DNA of 64,000 nt from the human T2T-CHM13v2.0 reference genome, Homo sapiens. Positions within the stretch are counted from its first letter, which is position 1. Every line of letters begins with the position of its first letter. Under the pieces are notes generated by a model. That model made no database searches and was not told the DNA's origin. It saw only the letters and a list, made by a program, of their open reading frames with translations. The translations under genes and the position numbers were made by a program. The stretch lies in the NCBI RefSeq assembly GCF_009914755.1, contig NC_060925.1, one strand, 5' to 3'. Shown here in pieces: positions 1 through 14,190 of this stretch.

Positions 1-1
1 C

Positions 2-321
<320 letters not shown>

Positions 322-904
322 GAGAGAGAGAGAAGGAAATCTTTGGAAAGCCCAAAGAAGGGAGTGGGTGAAGGGGGCTGGTGGAAGAAGGCTGGCGGGA
401 TGTACAAGGGCGTGTCATTTTCAGACCAGCTGGAAGGGCCCATTCTTGCTACCCCCGTGCCCCCTTGCAGAATCGGGAGCTGTAGGGACTGCTTGGATCC
501 ACCGGCCTTAGACAGGGGTCTATACACTAGCACGGGCACGGGGCAGTTGAAGGGAGTGTTTGCAATCTGATATTCTCACTTCTTAGGGAGACTCAGAAGT
601 CATTTTTTGTGATAAGTGAGACACATAGCATCTTGCAAAAATCATGCTCTGGAGTAGATTTGCATAAATGAATGCACTGTATTTTTAAAAAAATTATGAA
701 AGCTTTAATTACCTAAACTTGAATTAAGTTGTCTCTTGCAGAACACACAAAGTATTAGCTTATTTTATACTTAGTTACCTTTTTGTTTTCATAAATTGGA
801 TGATCTTCTATGTAACTCTTGTTTCAACTCAGCGGCAACACCTCAGAGATGTTTTCAAAGTAACAAATATTGTTATGGAGCACTTGCTATGAACCAGCAC
901 GACT

Positions 905-1127
905 TATTATTTAAGAGCAGAGACCCTGAGAGCCAGGCTGTCTGGGTCTATTCATGATTCTGCCACTTACTAGCTGTGTAATCTTGGACAGTTATTTAAC
1001 CATCTTCTGCCTCAGTTTACTAATCTGTAAGACAGGTACCTATGTCATAAGGTTGTTATGAGGATTAAATGGGCTAATATGAATAAAGTGTTCAGAACGG
1101 TGCCTGCTCATGGAAAATATTCAATAC
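905..1127 (+). mobile_element. MIR SINE
   Basis: MIR core CTGCCACTTACTAGCTGTGT...TGCCTCAGTTT..ATCTGTAA...GTTGTTATGAGGATTAAATG. Confidence 0.85.
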
Positions 1128-1461
1128 AGGTCAGTCTGGTTATGTGCTGGACACTGGGCCAGGAGCTGGGGATAGAACTCCAAAGATAGACGAGGTCCCT
1201 GAATTCTTTGAGCTTACAGTCTAGTGGAGAAGTGAGAGAGGTGGCAGTTAGTCAACAATGAGGGCGATGTGTGGTATAACAGGGGTGGTACAAGGTTTTC
1301 TAGGAAGAGTAATTACAGGCTTCTGTAGATGTGCTGGATATTTTCTTTTTCCTATCTTGTTAACATGGACTGATTTGTTTAACATCATAAATCCCCAGGA
1401 TTGAAAAGCGTTTTCAAAGGTCACTGGTTCATTTCAGTGACCCAAGTAAAACCTGCCCCCA

Positions 1462-1766
<305 letters not shown>

Positions 1767-1853
1767 GCCTGCCCCCAGATAACGTCATAGACATGTCTGC
1801 TTCTTTCTCTGCCTTCATCACTACACCGGAAGCTGCTAGCCCTGCAGTTTACA

Positions 1854-2438
1854 TCCTGCCAGCTTTTCTCAGATCCCTCAGCCTGGGGTGGCCTGCTTTC
1901 AGGAACTTCTTAGATGCTTAGGAGCCTGCCTGGGGAAGAGGTTCTCAAAACTTGTCTTTAGGAATGGAGCTGCTTTCTGCATTTTTCTGTGACCCAGCAT
2001 TCTTGATTCTTGGACCTGGGCACTGCACCTGGACTGTTTTTCTGTTTCTGTGCCCGTGACTCTGACTGTGGTCACCAGGGCTGCTGTGGGCACCAGCACA
2101 GGGAGGGGCAGAAAGCAGGGGCCAGGACCAGGGGCTGGGAGAGTAGTGATCACCTCCCTCCAATTTTCTCAGCCTACCATCTGTGCAGCACCTACATCGG
2201 GATCACCTGGGATTATTGTTTAAAAATCAGATTCCTTGGCTTCAGACCCAGTGAGATCCAGGAATACACATATTAAATCAGCTTTCTTGGTGATTGTTAG
2301 GCAACGACTCCTCAAAGGTGGGCCCGTGTGTCTGCTTGGAGCCCTTGTTGGAGACAAACACCTTTCCTTGCTCTTCCCTAGTGGTGCACACCTCTTGGGG
2401 CCCTGTCCTGCCAGCTTTTCTCAGATCCCTCAGCCTGG
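1854..2438 (+). repeat. Exact 33-bp direct repeat (1854-1886 and 2406-2438)
   Basis: TCCTGCCAGCTTTTCTCAGATCCCTCAGCCTGG occurs twice, 552 bp apart. Confidence 0.95.
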
Positions 2439-3012
2439 TGCACAGTCTAGCTGGCTCTGGGTCTACCTAGATGCACCAGGAAGGGTGAGAGGGGGTAAGG
2501 ATGTTGGAATGACTGGCAAATTGGAGCTGGCTTCTGTGGATTGCAGAATCACGAAAGATTAGAATCGGAAAGCATCTTAGCGATGGGTCCATACAGACTT
2601 TTTATTTGGTGGGTGAAACATCAGACCTGGGGCAGTCAGGTGATGCACTGAAGGTCTGACCAGCAGGGCTCTGGGCCAGGGCTAGAGTGCAGGCCACTGG
2701 CTCTTTGTATGACCACAGTGGTCCTCTCACTAGGGCCACCCCTGGTCTGAGGTGTGGAGACCAAAGAAAGTGCCATTCACTTCATCTGTAGGGCTTGAAC
2801 TTGGAATTATTTTTTCAGCATTCAGATGGGCCAAACTGAGGTTGGCTCCATTTGCGGCTGAATGCACGGTAGGGAGAAAGGTAAACCAGGTTGTGGATTC
2901 TGGCTGAGTCCAGGAACAACCTGGCTGGCTCTTGTGTGGCGGGACCCTCCTCCTGGGCTTCCACAGGGTGGTGGAGGTGGTACCGCTTGGCATGAGGCAT
3001 ACGAATAAGCTA

Positions 3013-4686
<1,674 letters not shown>

Positions 4687-4749
4687 TATGATGTTAGCTG
4701 GTTATTTTGCTCGTTAGTTGATGCAGTTTCTTCCTAGCATCGATGGTCT

Positions 4750-5766
4750 TTACAATTTGGCGTGTTTTTGCAGTGGCTGGTACCGGTTGTTCCTTTCCAT
4801 GTTTAGTGCTTCCTTCAGGAGCTCTTTAGGGCAAGCCTGGTAGTGACAAAATCTCTCAGCATTTGCTTGTCTTTAAAGTATTTTATTTCTCCTTCACTTA
4901 TGAAACTTAGTTTGGCTGGATATGAAATTCTGGGTTGAAAATTCTTTCCTTTAAGAACGTTGAATATTGGCCCCCAATCTCTTGTGGCTTGTAGAGTTTC
5001 TGCTGAGAGATCAGCTGTTAGTCTGATGGGCTTCCCTTTGTGGGTAACCCGACCTTTCTCTCTGGCTGCCCTTAACATTTTTTCCTTCATTTCAACTTTG
5101 GTGAATCTGACAATTATGTGTCTTGGAGTTGCTGTTCTCGAGGAGTATCTTTGTGGCGTTCTCTGTATTTCGTGAATTTGAATGTTGGCCTGCCTTGCTA
5201 GGTTGGGGAAGTTCTCCTGTATAATATCCCGCAGAGTGTTTTCCAACTTGGTTCCATTCTCCCCGTCACTTTCAGGTACACCAATCGGACGCAGATTTGG
5301 TCTTTTCCCATAGTCCCACATTTTTTGGAGGCTTTGTTCGTTTCTTTTTATTCTTTTTTCTCTAAACTTCTCTTCTTGCTTCATTTCATTCATTTGATCT
5401 TCCATCACAGATACCCTTTCTTCCAGTTGATTGAATCGGCTACTGAAGCTTGTGCATTTGTCACGTAGTTCTCATGCCATGGTTTTCAGCTCCATCAGGT
5501 CCTTTAAAGACTTCTCTGCATTGGTTATTCTAGTTAGCCATTAGTCTAATCTTTTTTCAAGATTTTTAACTTCTTTGCGATGGGTTCGAACTTCCTCCTT
5601 TAGCTCAGAGAAGTTTGTTCGTCTGAAGCCTTCTTCTCTCAGCTCATCAAAGTCATTCTCTGTCCAGCTTTGTTCTGTTGATGGTGAGGAGCTGCGTTCC
5701 TTTGGAGGAGGAGAAGCGCTCTGATTTTTAGAATTTTCAGTTTTTTCTGTTCTGTTTTTTCCCCAT
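4750..5766 (-). pseudogene. L1 ORF1p remnant (disrupted)
   Basis: ATGGGG start at 5766; ORF track 4815-5408 gives ...ENFPNLARQANIQIHEIQRTPQRYSSR...PRISYPAKLSFISEGEIKYF, typical ORF1p; reading frame broken. Confidence 0.93.
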
Positions 5767-6341
5767 CTTTGTGGTTTTATCTACCTTTGGTCTTTGATGA
5801 TGGTGATGTGCAGATGGGGTTTTGGTGTCGATGTCCTTTCTGTTTGTTAGTTTTCATTCTAACAGTCAGGACCCTCAGCTGCAGATCTGTTGGAGTTTGC
5901 TGGAGGTCTACTCCAGACCCTGTTTGCCTGGGTATCAGCAGCGGAGGCTGCAGAACAGCGAATATTGCTGAACAGCAAATGTTGCTGTCTGATCATTTCT
6001 CTGGAGGTTTCCTCTCAGAGGGCTACTCGGCTGCGTGAGGTGTCAGTCTGCCCCTACTGGGGGGTGCCTCCCAGTTAGGCTACTCAGGGGTCAGGGACCC
6101 ACTTGAGGAGGCAGTCTGTCCGTTCTCAGATCTCAAACTCCATGCTGGGAGAACCACTACTCTCTTCAGAGCTGTCAGACAGGGACATTTAAGTCTGCAG
6201 AGGTTTCTGCTGCCTTTTGTTCAGCTATGCCCTGCCCCCAGAGGTGGAGTCTACAGAGGTAGGCAGGCCTCCTTGAGCTGCGGTGGGCTCCACCCAGTTG
6301 GAGCTTCCCTGCCACTTTGTTTACCTACTCAAGCCTCAGCA

Positions 6342-6514
6342 ATGGCAGGCGCCCTCCCCCAGCCTTGCTGACGCCTTGCAGTTCGATTTCAGACTGCTGT
6401 GCTAGCAATGAGCAAGGCTCCGTGGGCGTGGGACCCTCTGAACCAGGAGCGGGATATAATCTCCTGGTGTGCTGTTTGCTAAGACCATTGGAAAAGCACA
6501 GTATTAGGGTGTGA
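6342..6514 (+). pseudogene. L1 antisense ORF0 remnant, frameshifted
   Basis: ATG at 6342 (ATGGCAGGCGCCCTCCCC, one C short of consensus); shifted frame reads PPPALLTPCSSISDCCASNEQGSVGVGPSEPG, matching ORF0. Confidence 0.75.
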
Positions 6515-7449
6515 GCGACCCGATTTTCCAGGTGCTCTCTGTCCCAGCTTTGCTTGGCTATGAAAGGGAATTCCCTGACCCCTTGCAGTTCCCAGGTGAG
6601 GCGATGCCTCGCCCTCCTTTGGCTCATGCTCAGTGCGCTGCACCCACTGTCCAACAAGCCCCAGTGAGATGAACCCGGTACCTCAATTGGAAATGCAGAA
6701 ATCACCCGTCTTCTGTGTCAGTCATGCTAGGAGCTGTAGACTGGAGCTGTTCCTATTCGGCCATCTTGGAACTGCCCTGCGGTCATTCTTATTGCTCACT
6801 CGGCCACATACCTAAAGATGCCCCAGTTTACAAAGACGCACTCCAGGAATGAGATCTTTTCTATGATGACAACTTGGAGAGGGCGTTTTCTTCTCTACTG
6901 CAAGCTGGCTATGGCGTCTTTGCGGCTGTTCTGTTACTCTTTTGAAACAAACAAAAAGCTGTTGTGGGTGTGGATGTGTCTGTGACAGGGCAGGCTTTGG
7001 CTGTGAAGGGTGATGGAATACCCTCTACAGTTGTCTGTGTGCACAAGTGTCTCTCTGTGTGTTTGCAACTTGCACCCAAATGACTGACAGATGGTAAATT
7101 ATTTTAAAACCCTTTTTTCTCTTTTTGCATATATCCTTCACCTGCGGCTTGCTGTATTGCCAGGGTACCAGGCCTGGATCAGGGATGTCAGGTTTGAGAA
7201 CTGGAACCTGTTCAAGGGGAGCTATTTGTACCGAGGGAGAGGGGCACAGCAGAGAAGAGGATGGAGTTGGGCATCCAGATGTTTGCTGAAAGTTTCCAAC
7301 TGGAAATACAGTGGACTACAGTGGTGAGGGATTTATGCTATGCTTGGAAGAACATCATGGAGAGTTAAAAGAAATTTTGCACACTTTTTCTCGGCTATGT
7401 AACTCTAGAGCTGCCTAATACCTTCACATCTCCAGCTGTAAAATGGGCC

Positions 7450-7660
7450 CAGGCACTCTACCATATGCTAGGCAACATTCTAAGTGCTTTACCCGATTTA
7501 CTCTTATATCTCATTAATTCTATGAGATAGAATTGCTCCCTTTTACAGATGAAGAAACTGAGGCACAGAGAAGTTAAGTTACCCCAGGCCACACAGCCAG
7601 ATATGATAGGTCCCAGGAATTTTGGCTCAAGTCAGCACTCTTTCCTCAACTGCCATGCCA
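7450..7660 (-). mobile_element. MIR SINE
   Basis: TTTTACAGATGAAGAAACTGAGGCACAGAGAAGTTAAGT core. Confidence 0.85.
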
Positions 7661-7735
7661 TGGGCAAACACGTGGTCAGGAGACGAGTAAGAAGATTACA
7701 TATATATCGTTAAGTCCTGGGGGCACAACTGGCTC

Positions 7736-8141
7736 ATGATGGTTAATTTTATGTGTCAACTTGGCTGAGCCACAGTGTCCAGATATGTGGTCAAACATTA
7801 TTCTGGATGTTTCTGTGAGGGTGTTGTTGGGTGAGATTAAAAAGGAGGGATTTTGAGTAAAGCAGATTGTCCTCCATGGAGTGGGTGGGCCTTGTCTAAT
7901 CAGTTGAAGCCCTTAATAGAAGAAAAAATACTGACCTCCCCAAGCAAGAGGGAGTTCTGCAACAGACTGCCCTTGGACTTGAACTGCAACATGGGCTCTT
8001 CCTAGTTCTTCAGCCTGTTGGCCCACCCTGCAAATTTTGGACATGTCAGCCTGCATAACTGTGTGATCAACTCCTTATAATCTCTCTCTCTTTCTCTTTA
8101 TCCTGTTGGTTCTGTTTCTCTGGGAAATCCTGGCTAATATA
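7736..8141 (+). mobile_element. MLT2-type ERVL solo LTR
   Basis: TGATGGTTAATTTTATGTGTCAACTTGGCT start; ends CCTGTTGGTTCTGTTTCTCTGG...CTAATA. Confidence 0.88.
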
Positions 8142-8376
8142 TGGCTCCATAGCATCATCTGGTCATCAGAGTGTTGGGCCACATCTATCAGCAGCATCCT
8201 GCTCTAGGACTAACAATTCATTTCTTGGCCTCATCTACCCAGGGACACAAGTCTGTTTCCTCGGTGGGTCAGTTAATCTCTCTCTGACTCTTCCTCCTGC
8301 CTCTGCATCATCATTCAACTTATTAGGTTCTGACTTCACTTTCTTTATATCCCCTTGATCAGTTAGAATTCACTCC

Positions 8377-8717
8377 TATTGTGAGTAGCTGAAAACCTGC
8401 CAGAGTAGTTTGGTGAGCAAGAGGTTGATTTTTCTCACATCACAAGAAGTCTGGTGGTATTTAGAACATAGTCTAGTGCTGAGCACCTGCTCTAGGATGT
8501 CAACAAGGACCAGCTCCTCCCATCTTCCAACTCTGCCATCATTAGGGAAGACCTTGTCTTCATGGTTGCAAGAGGGGCTGCTGCATCTCCAGGTGTTGTA
8601 TCTGTGTTCCAGGCAGAAGGGGCCTGGCAGAGAAGGGAGAAGTGAGAGAAACAAAGGGCAAAATTTCTCTATTCTTTAGCCCTTGCTCGCTCGCTTGCTT
8701 GCTTGCTTGCTTGCTTG

Positions 8718-8772
<55 letters not shown>

Positions 8773-8832
8773 TCCTTCTTTCTTTCTTTCTTTCTTTCGT
8801 TCTTTCTTTCTCTCTTCTTTCTCTTTCTCTCT

Positions 8833-8897
<65 letters not shown>

Positions 8898-9050
8898 TCT
8901 CTTTTTTTTTTTTTTCTGGTGGCGTGAGGAGATTGAGGGAGGGAAAACCTCTGCAGGGACTTCTACCTATATTTCATTGGCCAGAAGAGTTTCACATTGT
9001 TTTCTTTAGCCACAAAGGAGGCTGACGTTGAGTATTTTGCTTTCTGTCCT
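8377..9050 (-). mobile_element. Old MaLR LTR (MLT1J/K-like), interrupted by a simple repeat
   Basis: TCTCACATCACAAGAAGTCTGG, TTTCATTGGCCAGAA...CACATTG, AGCCACAAAGGAGGCTG motifs. Confidence 0.6.
8684..8916 (+). repeat. (GCTT)n-(CTTT)n compound tetranucleotide STR ending in poly(T)
   Basis: Direct reading. Confidence 0.97.
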
Positions 9051-9102
9051 CTATAGCAGAGGAAATCAAGGGATAGGTGAGTCAGTATATGGCTATTTAG
9101 TG

Positions 9103-9325
9103 CAGGGATTGGCAAGTGTTTTCAGTAGAGGGCTAGATAGTAAATGTTTTAGGCTTTGTGGGCCATACAGTCTCTGTTATGCCTACTCAACTCTGTGGTG
9201 TAGCACAAAAGTAACTACAGAAAATACATAAACAAATGGATGTGGCTGTGTTTCAATACAACTTTATTTACAAAAACAGGCAGTGGCCTGGATTTGGACG
9301 ATGGGCCATCGTTTGTCCACCCCTA
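9103..9325 (+). mobile_element. MER58A hAT-Charlie MITE with 8-bp TSD
   Basis: CAGGGATTGGCAA...CCACCCCTA termini; TSD ATTTAGTG at 9095-9102 and 9326-9333. Confidence 0.9.
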
Positions 9326-9751
9326 ATTTAGTGATTCAATCTATAATATCTGCCACTGGACTCAAATATTTCAGCCAAAAATATTTTCACAAATTGCGGT
9401 ACAGCACCCCTAAAAGATGAGAGTGGGGAATGGATATGAAATAGTGGAACTGGATCTTAACTGATACAAAGTTTTCTTCTGTCATGCTAAGGAGTTGGTA
9501 CTTTACCCTCTGGGCAGAGAAGAGGTCAGAGAAGACTGGGCTGTGGTTGTGGTTGTTGTTGGTGGGTTCACAACCTGTGGTGATCCCAGGGTTGACTCTG
9601 ATGGCTGACAGCCTGGTAGAGAGGACCTCTCTTCTGCATTCCTCACTGCTTGTCTGTCTTTAAACCACAGATCTGGTCAAAGAGATGACCAGGGGGTGCC
9701 CAGCTAGAAAAGAGAGGGTAGAAAATGCTGTAACTAAAAGCCTAAGGCTTC

Positions 9752-10090
<339 letters not shown>

Positions 10091-10329
10091 TCATTGAGCA
10101 CCATAAATATCTGTTTCCATATTCTTGAGCTCTTTGGTACCCAGAGAATATACCAATAACATGTTTGGATTTAGGGTTAGAGAAATCTTCTCGAATTTTC
10201 CTAGCCTCACAAAATTTCACAACACTTTACCTTTGCAAATGCAGAACCAGTATTAAGACGGTATGCATTGTGTAATCTCACATCAAACCTTTGTATTTAT
10301 CATTAAAAATGTGGCAACATCATTGCAGT

Positions 10330-10620
10330 CATAAACAGAGTTACCAAGGAAACTAGTTTATCATAATTAGCTATTTATTCCCTCTTCTTTCTCTCTGTCT
10401 CTCCCCCTTCTACCTGAGCTTTCTTTGGGCTGAAAGGTATGACAAGCTGTTATCAGCCTGGGCTCAGTGGCTAATTAGGTCCTAATATTGATTCGTAGAA
10501 TTACACTGCTCTTTTCCATAACTATGCTGTAGTGCATTGTCTGTGCTTATTAAAAATAGACACAGTGATGGAACAATTGGTTTATTATGTGTTTTAAATA
10601 GTCATAATAGCTGTTTCCCA
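10330..10620. promoter_or_regulatory. Candidate enhancer (repeat-free, motif-dense)
   Basis: TAATTA 10364, CTAATTAG 10471, TTATCA x2, MEF2 consensus TTAAAAATAG 10550-10559, AACAAT 10572. Confidence 0.35.
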
Positions 10621-10836
10621 GGGGAGTGGTATATCAAAACCCGACAGACAGAAGATAAAAACTTTTGGCCTACAAAAGACTTGTGGCTCTTTCTCTTGCA
10701 TTAGGAAGTAGTTGTGAAAGGAATTTTGCTTCCTGGATGGGGCTTCCAGTCCAACAGGCTTTTTCTCATTTTTTTTGTTGTCTATTATAATAGAGAACAT
10801 GAGCTAATACCCATATTCCACACCGATGTTCTAGAG

Positions 10837-11055
10837 CAGGGGTCTGCAAACTTTTTATGTAAAGGGACATATAGTAAGCATTTTAGGTTTGTGAGCCATA
10901 TGCACTCTGTCCTAACTACTGGACTCTAACTTTTATGGCAGAAAAACAGCAATAGACAATATGTAATGAATGGGTGAGATTGTGTTCCAATAAAACTTTA
11001 TGTAAACAGGTGGCAGGCCAGATTTGGCCCATGGATTGAAGTTTGCAGACATCTA
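10837..11055 (+). mobile_element. MER58A MITE (independent insertion)
   Basis: CAGGGGTCTGCAAAC start; TSD (T/A)TCTAGAG on both sides. Confidence 0.85.
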
Positions 11056-11538
11056 TCTAGAGCCTTGGTCTCAAAGGGTAGGGAATTAACTTGCAGTTTG
11101 CCCCTTAAAGTGGGAGCAATACCTGGAGAAGGCTGGATGAGCCACCAGGAGCCACTGGGAGCTCCTACTGGGCTATCTGTGAGGGTCTCTCCCTGCTTGT
11201 CCATCTCGCATTAAGAGGGGTGGTTTCTCACAGTGATCCCCCCACAGAGGGGTGGACTAGGGACCAGATAACCTGGCGTAGTTCCTGACTTGAATGCTTA
11301 ACTGGATGACATTTTCTCATCTGTAATGCCCTCTACCACCTGTTCCAAAGAGCTGTGAGACGCACGGAGACAATGAATGGGAAACGACTCTGTGAACTGT
11401 AAACTGTAAACCACCAAGGCATAGAACCATAACAGCTGCGGCTACTAAGATGTTGCTTGATAAGTTGAGTATTCCCTTTCTCGGCCCCATAGCAGAGGAA
11501 ATCAAAGCAAAGGTGGATCAGAGTATGGCTGTTTAGTG

Positions 11539-11730
11539 CAGGGATTGGCAAATGTTTTTGGTAAAGGGCCAGATAGTAAATATTTTAGGCTTTGTGGGCC
11601 ACACAGTCTCCATCATTCCTGTTCAACTCTCGTTGTAGCACAAAAGTAACCACAGACAACACATGAATGAATGGGTGTAGCTGTGTTTCAATAAAACTTT
11701 ATTTACAAAAGCAGACAGTGGGCTGGATTA
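11539..11730 (+). mobile_element. MER58A copy, 3'-truncated, duplicated from the 9.1-kb copy together with its flank
   Basis: Same ~75-bp upstream flank as the 9103 copy; no right TSD. Confidence 0.85.
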
Positions 11731-11759
11731 TAAAGCAATCACAGAGTTGCGGAATGGGA

Positions 11760-12430
11760 ATGACCCCTTCGGGTGTTAGTCCACCTGGCATCTGGGTCTA
11801 GAGCCCACCCTTTACTACCCTTCTGGGAAATTGTCCACCTTGAGTTTTAATTCCTCCAGTGGCCAAGTTCATGATATTTTTGGCTGATCTATCTTCATAC
11901 GGTTTTGGTTATCAGAAATTTCTTGCTGTTTCTCAGCCAAAATCTGTCTTTCTGTATCTTCCCTGCATTTGTCCTAGTTCTATGCCTCAGCATTTTCCAG
12001 AACTATTAGATTAATCTCTTCTTCATATGACAGCTCTTTGAATATTTGAAGATAGAGGTCGTAGTCTTCAAGTCTTCTCCTCACCAGGCTAAACATCAGC
12101 AGTTCCTTGAACTGTTTCTATATGACATGGTTTTGACTTTTCACCATTCAGGTTGCTCTCCTCTGCACAAGTTTCAGTTCCTCGGCATCCCTCCTAAATG
12201 GTATATCCACTGTTGGGGACAATATTTCATGCATGTTCTAACTAATATAGAGTAGGATTGTAGCCTCCTTTGTTCCAGATTCAATGCTTCTGTTAATGCA
12301 GCCTAAGGTCATATGTGCTCTTTGGGTGAATACATCACAATGCTGGATTTTACTGGGTTGATGTTGACTGAGACTTTTAAGTCCTTTTCTTGCATACTGC
12401 AAAGTCATGGCTACCCCATCCTGACTAGTG
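11760..12430 (-). mobile_element. CR1/L3 LINE fragment
   Basis: CTTCTTCATATGACAGCTCTTTGAATATTTGAAGA...CCAGGCTAAACATC...ATGACATGGTTTT, typical L3 3' region. Confidence 0.65.
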
Positions 12431-12637
12431 CAGAGTAAGGATAACTTGGATTTCCAGTAAAAATCCTCCGGCTGCTTTGTTTTCAAGGTCAAAGTCCTTT
12501 TGAATTGAGATTACATTTCTTTTCAATCTTTGGGTGGTCTGTGACTTAATGAGAATGGTGATTGTGACGTGAAATCAACCACGTCTTCACATAGCCTACC
12601 ATGAGTTCTGCCGTGGTTGAAGATACAGCCTCTAAAT

Positions 12638-12838
12638 CAGTGCTACTCAATTATTACTAGCCTTTAAAAAGATAAGGCGCTTACCCCAGAATGCAAATAA
12701 AAGCATTGTTTCCTTCATTGAGAAAGTCTTGGTGTGAATAAAATGTCAGCTGAACTAAACATGGTGCTTCGTGACATAGCTGATTTGCAGACAGCAGAAA
12801 AGCAGGGGTTCTCAGACCACACATTTTGACTAGTAGGG
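12638..12838. mobile_element. hAT-Charlie MITE (MER119-like)
   Basis: CAGTGCTACTCAA...TTTGACTAGTAGGG termini; 8-bp TSD CTCTAAAT at 12630 and 12839. Confidence 0.75.
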
Positions 12839-13172
12839 CTCTAAATGACTCTCTAAGATCTTGATTGAAACTCTAACTGGCTTAAGGAGGGTAGATAAGA
12901 AGAAGAAACATCTTCAGAAATAGTAGAAAGGATTATGGTGACTAGATGAAAATTAGCCTTGAGATTCAGTGTAAGTTAGGATCCTAATGGGAAACCTCTT
13001 CAGTTTCTTTTATCCCTAAAATTAGGGCTGGATTTCAGTGATTATTCAATGCACATCTGTTGGTCTCTTAATCTGTGAGAGGCATTGAGCTAGGAACTGA
13101 GGGGTTACAAATTTAACTGAGATATAGCCGGAGACCTGGTTGGGGAGTCTGAGATGCAAACAAGTAACAAAT

Positions 13173-14190
13173 TGTGGCATAGGCCGCTAGTGGCCTCCTC
13201 CTACATAATTCTCTCCTTTTACCTTAGGAACAGAATGCTGATGGTATTCACAGCAGCTGTGTCCTCAGATAAAAGACCACGTATTTCAGCCTCCTTTGCA
13301 GTTAGCTTAATCATGTGATTTCCAGTAATCATCTCACAGCATGAAGGGGCTTTAATGATGGGGGTTTTATGCTGTAGGGGTTTCCGCAGAAGGGTGGAAG
13401 GAACCCAGATCTCTGATGACTGTGGAGCCTCCAGTCCTGTCTAACTCTGGGCTTCTTTTACACGAGAGGGTAGGTCCTTGTGAGTTCCGCGCCTGCTATA
13501 CACAGCTGAACTTCATCCTAAAGTAATAGAGAATTTGATTCTTAGGGAGGGGGCTCCTATAAGAAACATAACTTAAAATGTGCTATTGACTTAGGGGAGG
13601 AGATGGGAAGGCAGATATTTAGAGCTCAGATTTTGCAAATTAGAAATGTGGGGACCCTTGCTGTGCATTGTTAGAGCATTTGATTGAATTGTTGCCTATT
13701 GTAACTGGGAAAGCAAACCGTAAGTTGACTGAAGCTGTAGCTTTAGGGGAAATGGCAGCAAAAATTCAGAATGACAGCAAGAGTGTTGGCTTGCTGTCTC
13801 CTTCTTGCCACTTCTAGCAAAGTCCTGCAAAAGAGAGCTGGCCAGTCTGCGGACAGATATGGAGAGAAATGCTGCTTTGCTTAGGAGGTGTTCTCAGCCT
13901 GCGGCCTGCAATCTAAGTTGATTGAGATTCCTATAATTTGAAGCTTTGTCGGTTTTTATGTGCAAGATGAAGTAGGAGTTATTAATATGTAGTATCTCCA
14001 AATCAACACCTTAGCAGGAAATAAGGCTGAGGCCCACCATAGCAAAGTCAGAATTAGGTGTGTTATCTTCCACAGTTGCGTACTGTCTGTCTCTGAACTT
14101 ACTTTATGTTAGAGATTAAGTCCTTGTCTATAAGCTTCTGAGATTCGGGATTTTCTGTTTACATAGTGGAACTTGATCTTAATTGATCCA
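13173..14190 (+). mobile_element. Old MaLR (MLT1J-like): 5' LTR, internal fragment, 3' LTR tail
   Basis: LTR 13173-13530 ends CAGCTGAACTTCATCCTAAAGTAATAGA, followed by int-like start; second LTR-end motif GGAACTTGATCTTAATTGATCCA ends at 14190. Confidence 0.6.

Noticed and set aside
8642-9025. Hydrophobic F/L/S-rich ORFs resembling membrane proteins
   Set aside because: Translations of the (CTTT)n repeat
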